The notes: generated by a model not told the origin, from the letters alone. A DNA stretch of 64,000 bases from Arcobacteraceae bacterium (GCA_048268245.1 JBLWVX010000003.1:55551-119550); one strand, 5' to 3'. Numbered from the stretch's first letter, positions 40,932 through 51,698 are shown. Numbers and translations: made by a program.

Positions 40932-42835
40932 ATTATTTCTCTTTCATTAAAAAGATATTTAAATGAAGTAAAATACTCATTTGAATCTATTTTAATATCT
41001 ATATTTTCTTCGTCACAAATTCTTTTGACTAAACTTAGTCCTAAACCAAAACCTTTTTTGGTTGAAGTTTCTCTATAATACTCTTTAAATATCTTTTCAG
41101 GATATTGAATATATTGTGAACAACTTGAAATTGTTAAAGCATAGGTTTTATTCTCTTTTTTTAATGTTATATAAATATTAGAGTTTTCTTCTGTGTATTT
41201 TATAGCATTAGTTAGATTATTATCTATTATTCTTTGAAGTTTAGTTTCATTAAATTCAAAAATTAATGACTCTTTTTGGCTAAAGAATTTAATTGTTGAA
41301 CCTATTTGTTTAGCTGACTGCCAAAAAAAGTCTATTCTTGATCTTATAAAATCTACAAAATCAATTTTTTTCTTTGGGTATAGTATTTGGTCTTTTTTTA
41401 CTAAGTAACTTAAATCATCATAAATATTAAAAACATTTTTTAGAGCTACTTCAATTGTAGATAAATAGGAGTTTTTACCATACTCCATTTCAAAAAGTTC
41501 AATATTACTCATTATTACGGATAATGGAGTATTTGTTTCATGTACTGCATGTCTTAAAAAAATCTTTTGAGATGCTAATAGCATTTGAGAATTAAATTTT
41601 TCTGTTTCTAGTTTATTTGATTGTTCATTATAATCTTTAGAAGATTCTTCTATTAAATGGGTTAGAGTTTTTATATTTCTTGTATAGAAATCATCTAAAC
41701 TTTTTTGTTCAACCTCTGAAATAAACTCTTTTTTTGTATTTTTAATATTTTCACTTAATGATACTACTGTAAAAGTCTGATTTAGAAGTTCAGCTTCTCC
41801 ATCTTTATAAAAAAACTCTCCATTTCCAAAAAAACCACTTGTTGTAGCTATTTCTGAATAGTCTTTACTTTCATTAAAAATAAGATTTGGCATATATCTT
41901 CTTCTTGCTAAACAAGAGTAAATAAAAAAGGTCTCACTATTTGTAAACTTCTTTTTATCTGTAATTATTTGTTTTTTTAAAATTATTTCAGCATTTCCAA
42001 AACCAAATTTAATTTTATCTTTATTTTTTAGATTTCCTGTATATTGAAAACTTCCATCTTTATGTATTTTCATTAAGGCTCTTGCTAGGAAACTTTTATT
42101 TCTTTTTACAAGTAAAGGAAATGTGGTAGCACTTTCAGGTAAACTATCAAGAATATCATCACCTAAGTACCTTTTATAAAAATCAGTAATTTTTAAATTG
42201 TTTATTTCATATACTTTATTATTGATTGATTTTGTGATTTCATGTTCAATCCCAATACTAGACCAATTGAATCTAAAATCATTTTTTACTTCAAGAACAT
42301 CTGAATTTATAGATACTCCCACTGCGCTATTTTGATATAGTTTGTCATCTAGTGATACATAGGTATTTTTATAGTTACCATTATCTGCAGCCATTGCACC
42401 ACAGATAGGTATATTTTTAGAAATACTATTTATACCTTTTAAAAACTCTTCAGCATTAATATTTAAAGAATTTGTAAAAAGTATTAAAAGTTTGCTATTT
42501 TCATCTACTAAATCTTTTGCTAAACTTACACCTTTTTTATATGAATCTTCAATTTCACTAAAACTACTTTTTAATGAACTCTTTTCAAATATACTAATAG
42601 ATACTACAATTGATTCTGTTAAAACTTCTTTTTCTAGAATTTCACCATCTGAACTACTTCCTATACAAGTAGCTTTTGGTAGGTTAGTTTTTAAGTATTT
42701 AATTACTTCTTCAAATTGTTTTTTGTTTTGTCCACAAAAAACTTGTACTAAAATATTGCTGTGATTTTTAAATTGCTCAAAGTCAATATTTTCTTTGGAA
42801 AAGTTCTTATCTATTTTATAGTTGTAGGTTTTCAT
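40928..42835 (-). CDS. Soluble FIST-domain sensor histidine kinase
   Basis: FIST_N (CIGSSSDGEI, ICGAMAADN), FIST_C (YSCLARR, GFFGNGEF), H-box HETNTPL, NNLTNAIKY, GFGLGL. No TM seen. Confidence 0.9.
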   Translation of the reverse strand: MKTYNYKIDKNFSKENIDFEQFKNHSNILVQVFCGQNKKQFEEVIKYLKTNLPKATCIGSSSDGEILEKEVLTESIVVSISIFEKSSLKSSFSEIEDSYKKGVSLAKDLVDENSKLLILFTNSLNINAEEFLKGINSISKNIPICGAMAADNGNYKNTYVSLDDKLYQNSAVGVSINSDVLEVKNDFRFNWSSIGIEHEITKSINNKVYEINNLKITDFYKRYLGDDILDSLPESATTFPLLVKRNKSFLARALMKIHKDGSFQYTGNLKNKDKIKFGFGNAEIILKKQIITDKKKFTNSETFFIYSCLARRRYMPNLIFNESKDYSEIATTSGFFGNGEFFYKDGEAELLNQTFTVVSLSENIKNTKKEFISEVEQKSLDDFYTRNIKTLTHLIEESSKDYNEQSNKLETEKFNSQMLLASQKIFLRHAVHETNTPLSVIMSNIELFEMEYGKNSYLSTIEVALKNVFNIYDDLSYLVKKDQILYPKKKIDFVDFIRSRIDFFWQSAKQIGSTIKFFSQKESLIFEFNETKLQRIIDNNLTNAIKYTEENSNIYITLKKENKTYALTISSCSQYIQYPEKIFKEYYRETSTKKGFGLGLSLVKRICDEENIDIKIDSNEYFTSFKYLFNEREII

Positions 42836-42939
42836 GCAAAATTATAACAAATTAAAATTTTACAAGATTTGAAAAGTGAGAAAAAAAGTATCAATGAATA
42901 AAATTTGTAACTTATTGACATAATAAAGTATAATATAAT

Positions 42940-43947
42940 CTACTTTATTATGTTTAGTGTTTTAAATCTATCACCCATTCCTGTTGGTTCAAGTAATATT
43001 TTAACTTTTTGAGTTTCTCTTAAATAGGTGTTTTCATCAACATTTGCTTTTAGAATTTCTAGTAAATCTAAAATACCAAAGTCAACAAGTGATTTCAATT
43101 GAGTATTAAACTTTATACTTTTTACATTTTCTTGTAAAAATAGGTCTTTTAAATAGTTGAAATGTACATCATAAGTAATGTCACTTTTTTTAAATAATTT
43201 TTTTAGTTGAATTTCTTCATCAAAGATAGGATGAACATTATGATTTTCATATACTCTTGTTGAAAAATCATTTCTTGGGTATCTATCTCCATAATCAAAT
43301 GTTAAAAATTCAAAAGAGTTTATGTTTTTACAAATAGTTTGAACAAACTCTTTATAGTCTAGACAAACTTCACCTTTTTCAATACTGTATTTTTTACAAT
43401 GTTCAATTAACTCAATATCTTGGCAGTCTTCAAATTGAATTTTATGGTCATTTACATAGGCATTTTGTAAAATACCATCTTTATTTGTATAAACTAAATC
43501 ACATCCAAAGGCATCAAAAATTTCGTTTGCTACAATAAAAGCATTAGCTAGTTTTACTTCACTAATATCATTGTAGTGCTTAATTTTGATTATTTCTCCA
43601 AAGGATTCTTTTAGGTAGTTTTTTTGTTGTTTTTGTAGATTTTCAAATCTCTCAACAATAGCAAAGTTTAGTGTGTCTAAAAGCTTTGGTTTTAAAGTAT
43701 AAATAAACTGAATTATGTCAGCTAGTAAGTAACCATGATGGGCACCAACTTCAACTAAAGTTGTATTTTTAGGAAGAATGTCTTTTTCAATAGAATCAAT
43801 TAACTTTTTAGCAATTGTTCCTCCAAAAAAAGAACTTGTTGAAACAGAAGTATAAAAATCACCTTCTTTTCCTATTTCTTTATAGTTTGCATAGTATCCA
43901 TTGTTTCCATATAACCAGTCGTTAAAATATTTATTAAATCTTATCAT
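42940..43947 (-). CDS. MidA/NDUFAF7-type SAM-dependent methyltransferase
   Basis: GYY...IGKEGDFYTS, VEVGAHHG, ANEIFDAF, TFDYG, DITYDVHF, GMGDRFK. TACAAT 6 nt before the ATG. Confidence 0.88.
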   Translation of the reverse strand: MIRFNKYFNDWLYGNNGYYANYKEIGKEGDFYTSVSTSSFFGGTIAKKLIDSIEKDILPKNTTLVEVGAHHGYLLADIIQFIYTLKPKLLDTLNFAIVERFENLQKQQKNYLKESFGEIIKIKHYNDISEVKLANAFIVANEIFDAFGCDLVYTNKDGILQNAYVNDHKIQFEDCQDIELIEHCKKYSIEKGEVCLDYKEFVQTICKNINSFEFLTFDYGDRYPRNDFSTRVYENHNVHPIFDEEIQLKKLFKKSDITYDVHFNYLKDLFLQENVKSIKFNTQLKSLVDFGILDLLEILKANVDENTYLRETQKVKILLEPTGMGDRFKTLNIIK

Positions 43948-44022
43948 GAAAGAATTGTATCTAAAAGTTTATTTGAAGAAGAAATGGAAGATAAAATGAT
44001 TATAAATAGAAGAAAAAATCTT

Positions 44023-44751
44023 CTATTTACAAGTATCAATTACTGCATTTGCATTTGCATATAAGTATACTTCTACTCTTCTATTTAAACCCATATTTGT
44101 TTCATTTGTATTCGGTGCAACTGGTTTATCGTAAGAGCAACCTTTTGAGAAAATTTGATTTTTAATTCCAGAGTTATAAATACTATTTCCTACATTTGAA
44201 GCTCTTTTCTCTGAAAGTGTTTTGTTATACTCATAGCTTCCTCTACTATCTGTATGTCCTACTACTTGAACTATAGTATTTGGATATTTTTGTAAAACAC
44301 CATTTACTTTTGTAATTTTATTAGTTGCACTTGGTGTTGGAATTGATGAGTTTGTAGCAAACATCATATCATCTCTAAACATGATTTTTACATACTTATC
44401 TGTATATGATACAATTAAGTCTTGATTTGGATCAAGGGCTGCATTTGGGTCATTATTAACTGTGGTATTTAAACTATCAGCTACTTCTTTTGCTTGTTGG
44501 TCCATTCTATATCCAATATATCCACCAAGAGCAGCCCCTGCAAGTGCACCAACAGTTTTATTTCTACTTTTACTTCCTCCACCAATATTATTTCCTAAAG
44601 CAATACCAGCTATTGCTCCTATTGTTGTACCAATTATAGCTCTTTGATTATTGTCAATTGTTTGATTTCCTGTTGAACCTGATGTACATCCAGTAAGAAC
44701 AGCAACTGCTGCAATAGATGATACAAAAGTTTTTAAGTTAAAATATCTCAT
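44023..44751 (-). CDS. OmpA-family lipoprotein with glycine zipper (YiaD-like)
   Basis: Lipobox LTGC, GAIAG/GALAGAALGG zipper, VVGHTDSRGS, NKTLSEKRA, NRRVEV. Confidence 0.92.
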   Translation of the reverse strand: MRYFNLKTFVSSIAAVAVLTGCTSGSTGNQTIDNNQRAIIGTTIGAIAGIALGNNIGGGSKSRNKTVGALAGAALGGYIGYRMDQQAKEVADSLNTTVNNDPNAALDPNQDLIVSYTDKYVKIMFRDDMMFATNSSIPTPSATNKITKVNGVLQKYPNTIVQVVGHTDSRGSYEYNKTLSEKRASNVGNSIYNSGIKNQIFSKGCSYDKPVAPNTNETNMGLNRRVEVYLYANANAVIDTCK

Positions 44752-44877
44752 TTTGAAACCTTTAATTTTTAGTCTATATTATTTTAACATAAGTAGTGTG
44801 AAATAATTGTGTTAAAAATCGTAATTAATATGTAATATATTTGTGCTATAATATTTTTAAGAAAAAAAGGAGAAACT

Positions 44878-46320
44878 GTGGAAAAAAGAACAAAAATTTT
44901 GGCAACATTAGGGCCATCAAGCCATAGTATAGAAGTGATAGAAGGTTTAATAAAAGCAGGTGCAAACATGTTTAGATTAAACTTTTCTCATGGAAGTCAT
45001 GAGTATCACAAACAAACACTTGATAATATCAGAAAAGCAATGAAAAACTTAAATAAAACAGTTGGTGTTTTACAAGATATCTCTGGACCAAAAGTTAGAA
45101 TTGGAGATTTAAAAGAGCCTTTTGAATTACATAGAGGTGATGTAATCACTTTTTTAAAAGATGAGATAGTAGGATATAAACAAGCTGATAAGAAATATGT
45201 TGTATCTATTAATTATCCAGATATTTTAAGTAAAGTAAAAATAGATGAATATATCTATTTATATGATGGAACAATTAGAGCAAAAGTTATTCAAACTGGT
45301 GATGAGGTTCAAGCAAAGATTGAAAACCATGGTATTTTATCATCAAGAAAAGGTGTAAACTTTCCTAATACAGTTATTGATATTGATGTAATTACAAAAA
45401 AAGATGAAAAAGATATTGCATGGGGTGTTGAGAATCAAGTTGATTACTTTGCAATTTCATTTGTTCAAAATGCTAAAGATATGAAAAAAGCAAGAAAGCT
45501 TCTACAAGGCTATAAAGGTAAATTAATAGCGAAAATTGAGAAGTTTGATGCAGTTGAAAATATTGATGAGATTATTGAAGAATCAGATGGTCTTATGGTT
45601 GCAAGGGGAGATTTAGGTATTGAAGTTCCTTATTATGATGTACCAACTATTCAAAAAATGCTTATTAAAAAAGCAAATAATGTTGGTATGCCTGTAATTA
45701 CAGCAACACAAATGCTTTTATCTATGACACATAACGAAAGAGCAACAAGAGCAGAGATCTCAGATGTAGCAAATGCAGTTCTAGATGGAACTGATGTTGT
45801 TATGTTAAGTGAAGAGAGTGCTGTTGGAGAAGACCCTATTAATGTTGTAGATACAATGAGTAATATTATTGCAAAAACAGAAGATATTTATAACTTTAAT
45901 AAACAATCAAAATTTGATTATTTAGATCATTTTGATGTAATTCAAGCAACTGTTACAAAACTTGCAGATGATTTGGGAGCAAAGGGTATTTTAGCACTTA
46001 CAAGTTCTGGTAAATCAGCAGTGAAAATGTCAAGATATAGACCAAGAACACCTATTTATGCATTTACTCATAAAAAGAAAATATTATCAGCCTTAACAGC
46101 TATTTGGGGTGTAAAACCTATTGGAACTATTAAAGAAGCACAAGCATCAAAAATGTTCCAAAAGATGCTTAAAGAACTTGATGCAAAAGGTTTCTTAGAT
46201 AAAAGTGAGACTTACGTAGCAACAGTTGGTTATCCTGTTGGAATGCCAGGAAGTACAAATACTATTAAGATTTTAACTCCATCAGAAATCGAGTATTATT
46301 TAAACTTTAAAAGCAAATAA
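44878..46320 (+). CDS. pyk: Pyruvate kinase (GPK motif, K+-independent type)
   Basis: KILATLGP, RLNFSHG, DISGPKVR, AKIE, MVARGDLG, TATQML. GTG start after AAGGAG. Confidence 0.97.
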   Translation: MEKRTKILATLGPSSHSIEVIEGLIKAGANMFRLNFSHGSHEYHKQTLDNIRKAMKNLNKTVGVLQDISGPKVRIGDLKEPFELHRGDVITFLKDEIVGYKQADKKYVVSINYPDILSKVKIDEYIYLYDGTIRAKVIQTGDEVQAKIENHGILSSRKGVNFPNTVIDIDVITKKDEKDIAWGVENQVDYFAISFVQNAKDMKKARKLLQGYKGKLIAKIEKFDAVENIDEIIEESDGLMVARGDLGIEVPYYDVPTIQKMLIKKANNVGMPVITATQMLLSMTHNERATRAEISDVANAVLDGTDVVMLSEESAVGEDPINVVDTMSNIIAKTEDIYNFNKQSKFDYLDHFDVIQATVTKLADDLGAKGILALTSSGKSAVKMSRYRPRTPIYAFTHKKKILSALTAIWGVKPIGTIKEAQASKMFQKMLKELDAKGFLDKSETYVATVGYPVGMPGSTNTIKILTPSEIEYYLNFKSK

Positions 46321-46349
46321 TAAGTAGAAGAGATTAACTCTTTTACTTA
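46321..46349. terminator. Bidirectional terminator
   Basis: TAAGTAGAAGAG-ATTAA-CTCTTTTACTTA. Confidence 0.75.
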
Positions 46350-48298
46350 TTTAAAATAATTTGTAATAAAGCAGCTTTATAATTTTGCCCATGACATTCA
46401 ATTTGAGTGTTTTTAGCAGTAATTTTACCTTTCATATGACTTACAATAATAGTTCTTGTCATATATAATCCTATCCCTGTACCTTGCGATTGAAATTTTG
46501 TTGTAAAATATGGCTCAAAGACTTTATTAATAATTTCATCTTTTATACCACCTGCATTATCGTAAACTTCAATATATCTCTCATTGTCTTTTTCAAAAGC
46601 TTTTATTTTTATACATTTGATTTCTAATTCTTTTTCTAGTAATGCATCTTTTGAATTATTTAAAATATTTAAGATAGCTTGTGTTAGTTCATTTTCTAAG
46701 GTATAAAGTTCAATATTTTCATCAATTTCAAGTTTTATTTGAATCCCTTTATTTTTTAAACTTGCAGACATTAAGTTTATAACTTTTTCAATTGTACTTT
46801 TTAGATTGATGCTTGTTTTAATTTTGTCTTTTTTAAAGAAGTTTCTAAAATCTTCAATAGTATTTGATAAGTGCTGTGTATTTGATACAATTAAATCAAG
46901 GTTTTTATAAAGCTTTTCTTTATTCATAAGATTTAGTTCATCTTCAAATTTAGTACCGGAAGCTATTGTACTTATAGTTGATAAAGGTTGTCTCCATTGG
47001 TGGGCAATATTTCCTATCATTTCACCCATTGAAGCTAGTCTTGATTGTTGATTAAGCATTTCATCGGCTTTTCTCATTTTTAAAACTTGTTCTTTTACCT
47101 GTGATTCTAAAGATTCATTTAGCTTTTTTAGTTGATGGTTGTTTTCTTTTAGTTCATTTTCGTATTTTTTAAATTGTAAATCTATTCTTCTAGATATTAA
47201 TAAAAGCAAGATAATTAATAATAAACTTATAATAGAAGAAATTAAAATAATTTTATACTTTGCATCTTTTACTTCTTCTTCAAGTTTTAGTTTTTTCTTT
47301 TGTATTTCTTCTTGAATTTTAGTTGTGTATTGACCTGTTCCAATAACCCAATTTAACTTTGGTACTTTTTTTACAAAAGATATCTTTTTAGATAGTTTTT
47401 CTGAAATATTATGACTAGTAGGTGTATATCCTAAGAATGAACCACCTTCAATAGAGGCTTTTTTTAAGATATTTTTGATTACATTTTGCTCTATTTTTGA
47501 AAGTGTTTCTATTTTTTTACCAATAAAAGATTTATTTATATGAGATAAAGTAGTTCCTTCTTGATTAATTACAAATAAATATTCATCTTTTTCATAACTT
47601 ATTGTATCAATAATTCTTAATATTTGATGCTGTATCTTTTTATCAATATCTTCAATATACTTTGCAGTTCCTATATAAATACCCAAAGGTTCAAAAAGTT
47701 TTACATATCCAAGTTTTTTCTCAATTCTATTGGTTTTTGGTTTTTGCCAATGCCAAGTTGTAAAACCTTCTTTTTTTGTTGAGACTATATTATTAAACTC
47801 TTGTATAAAATATTTACCTTCTTTATCTTGTAGATTGGAAAGAGTTTTTCCTACATGTGATGGGGTTTGAGGTTGCATAATAACTTTATCATTTAAATCT
47901 ATTATAAAAAAGTAGCCACTAGCATTTGAGTAAAACCTTTGAGGGTTTAAACTTTTTATAATTAGACTAAGGATTTCTTCTTTTGGTTTTGATTCATTTT
48001 GTAAATATATTTGTTTGATTGTTTTATATCCAATATTAACGATATTCTTGATATTGTTTTTTTCTTCAATAGTATTTAAATTAGTTTGAGTTTCAATAAG
48101 TTTAATAATCCTATTTACTCTATTTTTTATTGTTTTTTTAATTTCTTCTACATAGTTTGTTTGAATATTTTCTATTTCTTCTTTAAACTCTTTATTTCCA
48201 TAAGAAATAAATTCATAAGTTAGAATAGTTGAAGTTAAAATTACTGCCATAATAGGAAGGATTATGATCCAATATGTGATATTGTTAAGTCGTCTCAT
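46343..48298 (-). CDS. Cache-domain sensor histidine kinase (no adjacent regulator)
   Basis: Two TMs around tandem Cache-like repeats (GYFFIID...QDKEGKYFIQE; YLFVIN...VIGTG), IAHQWRQPL, NSKDA, DNAGGI, GTGIGL. Confidence 0.92.
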   Translation of the reverse strand: MRRLNNITYWIIILPIMAVILTSTILTYEFISYGNKEFKEEIENIQTNYVEEIKKTIKNRVNRIIKLIETQTNLNTIEEKNNIKNIVNIGYKTIKQIYLQNESKPKEEILSLIIKSLNPQRFYSNASGYFFIIDLNDKVIMQPQTPSHVGKTLSNLQDKEGKYFIQEFNNIVSTKKEGFTTWHWQKPKTNRIEKKLGYVKLFEPLGIYIGTAKYIEDIDKKIQHQILRIIDTISYEKDEYLFVINQEGTTLSHINKSFIGKKIETLSKIEQNVIKNILKKASIEGGSFLGYTPTSHNISEKLSKKISFVKKVPKLNWVIGTGQYTTKIQEEIQKKKLKLEEEVKDAKYKIILISSIISLLLIILLLLISRRIDLQFKKYENELKENNHQLKKLNESLESQVKEQVLKMRKADEMLNQQSRLASMGEMIGNIAHQWRQPLSTISTIASGTKFEDELNLMNKEKLYKNLDLIVSNTQHLSNTIEDFRNFFKKDKIKTSINLKSTIEKVINLMSASLKNKGIQIKLEIDENIELYTLENELTQAILNILNNSKDALLEKELEIKCIKIKAFEKDNERYIEVYDNAGGIKDEIINKVFEPYFTTKFQSQGTGIGLYMTRTIIVSHMKGKITAKNTQIECHGQNYKAALLQIILNK

Positions 48299-48314
48299 AC
48301 CCTTCCTTTTCTTT

Positions 48315-49508
48315 TTAATAAACTTTTGAGTATAACTCCAATAAAATTATTTGTTTGTCAATTTTATATATTTTTGCATCTAAAAGTTTAATATCTCTAG
48401 AGTTTTTAAGTGTGTCATAATCACTCTGAGTCTTAATTTGTGCCTCATTTTCTTCTTTAATAATTTTTAGAATAGAGTTATAAAGGCTTAAATCTTCACT
48501 AGTAATTTTTAATCTGTCTTCTAGCATATTAAGTTTATCTAGTTTTGTTTTAAAAAAACTTTTTTCATCATCAATCTTATTTTTTAGGTTTAGCTTTGAT
48601 TTTAAGTATTCGATTCTTTTACTTTCTATATCATTTAAGGCTCTAGTGTCTAATGGCATAGTAACAGATAAACCATATGTTTGTTTATTCGTTTGTCCAT
48701 TTGATTTTGGCTCACCATCTGTAAAATGAGTTTTTGAATAGTTATAATATACATTTACACTAGGTAAATATCTAGCCATTGTCATATGTGAATAATTTTT
48801 ATCTTTTTTTATCGCAGCTTTTGCTTTTTCAAGTTCTATATTCTTTTCTAAATAATCATCTTTAGATATAAGTTCAAATTTAGGAAGTTTGAAATCTGAA
48901 TATTTCCCTGAAGCTATATTTTCAAAGTTATTGATAAGTTCTTGTTTTTGATATTTTAAATCAATTAAAGTGTGTTTTGAACTATTTAAAGTAAGTAGGG
49001 CGTTATCTAAAAATGAACTATCTAAGAAGCCATTTAAAACTTGTTCTTTTTTTCTTTCAACATCTATTTTTGCATTTGCTAAAGATAGTTTTGTTTTCTC
49101 AATAGTTAAATCAAGTTTTTTAATTTGAAAAAGAAGATTATATGCATCTTTTATTAGATTTTTTCTTTGTTGTTGAATTTGAAGGTTTGCATAATCATGA
49201 GTTGAATCAGCATATTTTATAGCTTGATAAATCCCACCACTTTGAAAGATTGGTTGATTTATAGAAATTAGTGAAGTTTCACCTTTATATTCATCTCCAA
49301 GGTTCTTTTTAAACTGCAAAGTTATTGGATTTATCCAATCTTTTTTTAATTTAGAACTATCTTCTTTAGCTTGTTGTGTTTCTAAATCAAAAGTTTTTTT
49401 TCTACTATCTGATAAAATACTTTGGTCTAAATTGTTGTTTGCAAATAGATTTACACCAATTAAACTACATAAAAGTAGTTTAATTTTATTTGATTTTAGA
49501 AAGTGCAT
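48315..49508 (-). CDS. TolC-family outer-membrane channel (short form)
   Basis: Signal peptide, INQPIFQSGG, YLPSVNV, helical heptads. Overlaps the argD end. Confidence 0.8.
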   Translation of the reverse strand: MHFLKSNKIKLLLCSLIGVNLFANNNLDQSILSDSRKKTFDLETQQAKEDSSKLKKDWINPITLQFKKNLGDEYKGETSLISINQPIFQSGGIYQAIKYADSTHDYANLQIQQQRKNLIKDAYNLLFQIKKLDLTIEKTKLSLANAKIDVERKKEQVLNGFLDSSFLDNALLTLNSSKHTLIDLKYQKQELINNFENIASGKYSDFKLPKFELISKDDYLEKNIELEKAKAAIKKDKNYSHMTMARYLPSVNVYYNYSKTHFTDGEPKSNGQTNKQTYGLSVTMPLDTRALNDIESKRIEYLKSKLNLKNKIDDEKSFFKTKLDKLNMLEDRLKITSEDLSLYNSILKIIKEENEAQIKTQSDYDTLKNSRDIKLLDAKIYKIDKQIILLELYSKVY

Positions 49509-50670
49509 TTTCTAGCCTTTTGAAGCCTTCATTTATTTCTTCTTTTGAAATCGTTAAAACAGGTAACATTCTAAGTGTATTTTTTCCAGCTCTTAAAATT
49601 AATAAACCTTCATTAAATGATTCTTTGATTATTGCTGCTAATGTATCTGCATCTTTTACTCTAAGTCCTCTCATTAATCCAAGTCCCACGCTATCACTAA
49701 ATACATCTTTATTTGCTTCATAAACTTTGTTTAACTTGTCTTGGAAATATATTATTGTTTCATCTAGTTTTCCAGAATCTTTGTAAGTATCTAAAATCTC
49801 TAAAACTTTCAGTGATGCAGCTGTACTTAAATAGTTTCCTCCAAAAGTAGAACCATGATCACCATATGTAAATAAGTCTTTATGTGTTGTAATAACTGCT
49901 CCAATTGGAACACCACCACCTAGGCCTTTTGCCATAGTAATAATATCTGGTTCAATTTCATAAAGGTTAGTAGCTAAAAATTCACCAGTTCTGTATGCAC
50001 CTGTTTGTACTTCATCAATTATAAGTAAAATATCTTTTTGTTTTAAGTATTTTGCTAGTTTTTGAATCTCTTCTTTATCAAAAGGTTGAACTCCACCTTC
50101 ACCTTGAACAAGTTCAATCATAACAGCAACTGTTTGCTCATCAATTGAGTTATAAATGTCTTCAATTTTATTATCATATGAAAAACCATCTGGATAAGGT
50201 GAAAAGTTAGGTGAATGCATAGAGCTTTGACCTGTAGCTTTTACCGTAGTAATTGTTCTACCATGGAAAGAGTGCTCTAAAGTAATAACCTTATATCTTT
50301 TGTTTTCAAATTTAGTTTCACCATACTTTCTAGCAAGTTTAATAGCTCCCTCGTTCGCTTCAGCACCACTATTTGCGAAAAATGTTGCAACATCCATACC
50401 TGAAAGTTTTGCAATTTTTTCACCTAATTTTGCTTGTGGTTCAATAGCATAAAGGTTTGATATATGTGTAATATTACTTACTTGATTATAAATAGCATCT
50501 GCTACTTCTTTATTACCATGTCCAACAGAAACTACTCCAATACCTGATGTGAAATCTATATAATCTTTATTGTTTTCATCAAATAAAGTTGCATTTATAC
50601 CTTTTTTGAAGTTTACATAGTTTCTTGCATAAGTTTGAAGTACATAATCTTTATCTAATTGTTCTAACAT
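49486..50670 (-). CDS. argD: Acetylornithine aminotransferase (PLP class III)
   Basis: DFTSGIG, NSGAEANE, SFHGRT, ELVQGEGG, DEVQTG, AKGLGGG, HGSTFGGN. Confidence 0.93.
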   Translation of the reverse strand: MLEQLDKDYVLQTYARNYVNFKKGINATLFDENNKDYIDFTSGIGVVSVGHGNKEVADAIYNQVSNITHISNLYAIEPQAKLGEKIAKLSGMDVATFFANSGAEANEGAIKLARKYGETKFENKRYKVITLEHSFHGRTITTVKATGQSSMHSPNFSPYPDGFSYDNKIEDIYNSIDEQTVAVMIELVQGEGGVQPFDKEEIQKLAKYLKQKDILLIIDEVQTGAYRTGEFLATNLYEIEPDIITMAKGLGGGVPIGAVITTHKDLFTYGDHGSTFGGNYLSTAASLKVLEILDTYKDSGKLDETIIYFQDKLNKVYEANKDVFSDSVGLGLMRGLRVKDADTLAAIIKESFNEGLLILRAGKNTLRMLPVLTISKEEINEGFKRLENALSKIK

Positions 50671-50810
50671 TTCTTTTCCTAAATACTTTATAAATTAAAA
50701 AAGATTATATCTAAAAAATTTAAACCATATATTAACAACTGTTTTTTGAGAAGTTGTTTTTTCTTTAAACTCATTTTGGGTAAAATAAAAACTAAAATTA
50801 AAGGGAAAAA

Positions 50811-51689
50811 ATGCAGCATTTGATTAGAACTTCAGATTTTTCTAAAGAAGAGATAATTAGTTTATTTGACGACGCAAGAGAGTTTTTAAAGTTTGAATAT
50901 AATGAGGTTTTAAAAGGGAAGATTATAGTTACTCTATTTTTTGAGAACTCAACTAGAACAAGAAGTTCTTTTGAAATAGCAGCTAAAAGACTTGGTGCTG
51001 AGGTAGTATCACTTGATGTTGGAACTTCATCAACTTCAAAAGGCGAGACTATTTTTGATACAGTTGCAAATATAAATGCAATGAAACCTGATGCATTAAT
51101 CATCAGACATTCAGAGTGTGGATTACCTGACAAACTTAAAGACTTTGTTGAATGTCCTATCTTAAATGCAGGTGATGGAAAACACGCTCACCCAACACAA
51201 GCACTACTTGATATGTTTACAATATATGAACATTTTGAAGGTCAAACTGATGGTAAGAAAATAGCTATTGTTGGTGATGTAAGAACTTCAAGAGTTGCTG
51301 GTTCAAACAAAAGATTATTACCTAAATTTGGAATTGATGTATCTTTTGTATCTCCTGAGTGTTTTAGATATGAAGGTGATGATTTTAAAACTTATACAAG
51401 TTTAAATGATGTGATTGATGATGTTGATATTATTATGAGTTTGAGAACTCAACTTGAAAGACATAATCAAGTATATTTTGAGTCATTAAATGAATATGCA
51501 AAAGACTTTTGTATTACAAGTGAAGTAATGGGAGATAGAGATATTTTATTATTACACCCTGGTCCTGTAAATAGAAACGTTGATATCTCAGATGAAATGC
51601 TAAAAGACCCTAGAAATAAAGTATTAGAACAAGTTACAAATGGTGTTGCTATTAGAATGGCTGCACTTAAAAAACTAGTTTTACAATAA
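50811..51689 (+). CDS. pyrB: Aspartate carbamoyltransferase catalytic subunit
   Basis: FFENSTRT, NAGDG, HPTQALLD, HPGPVNR. Confidence 0.97.
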   Translation: MQHLIRTSDFSKEEIISLFDDAREFLKFEYNEVLKGKIIVTLFFENSTRTRSSFEIAAKRLGAEVVSLDVGTSSTSKGETIFDTVANINAMKPDALIIRHSECGLPDKLKDFVECPILNAGDGKHAHPTQALLDMFTIYEHFEGQTDGKKIAIVGDVRTSRVAGSNKRLLPKFGIDVSFVSPECFRYEGDDFKTYTSLNDVIDDVDIIMSLRTQLERHNQVYFESLNEYAKDFCITSEVMGDRDILLLHPGPVNRNVDISDEMLKDPRNKVLEQVTNGVAIRMAALKKLVLQ

Positions 51690-51698
51690 AAATACAAA

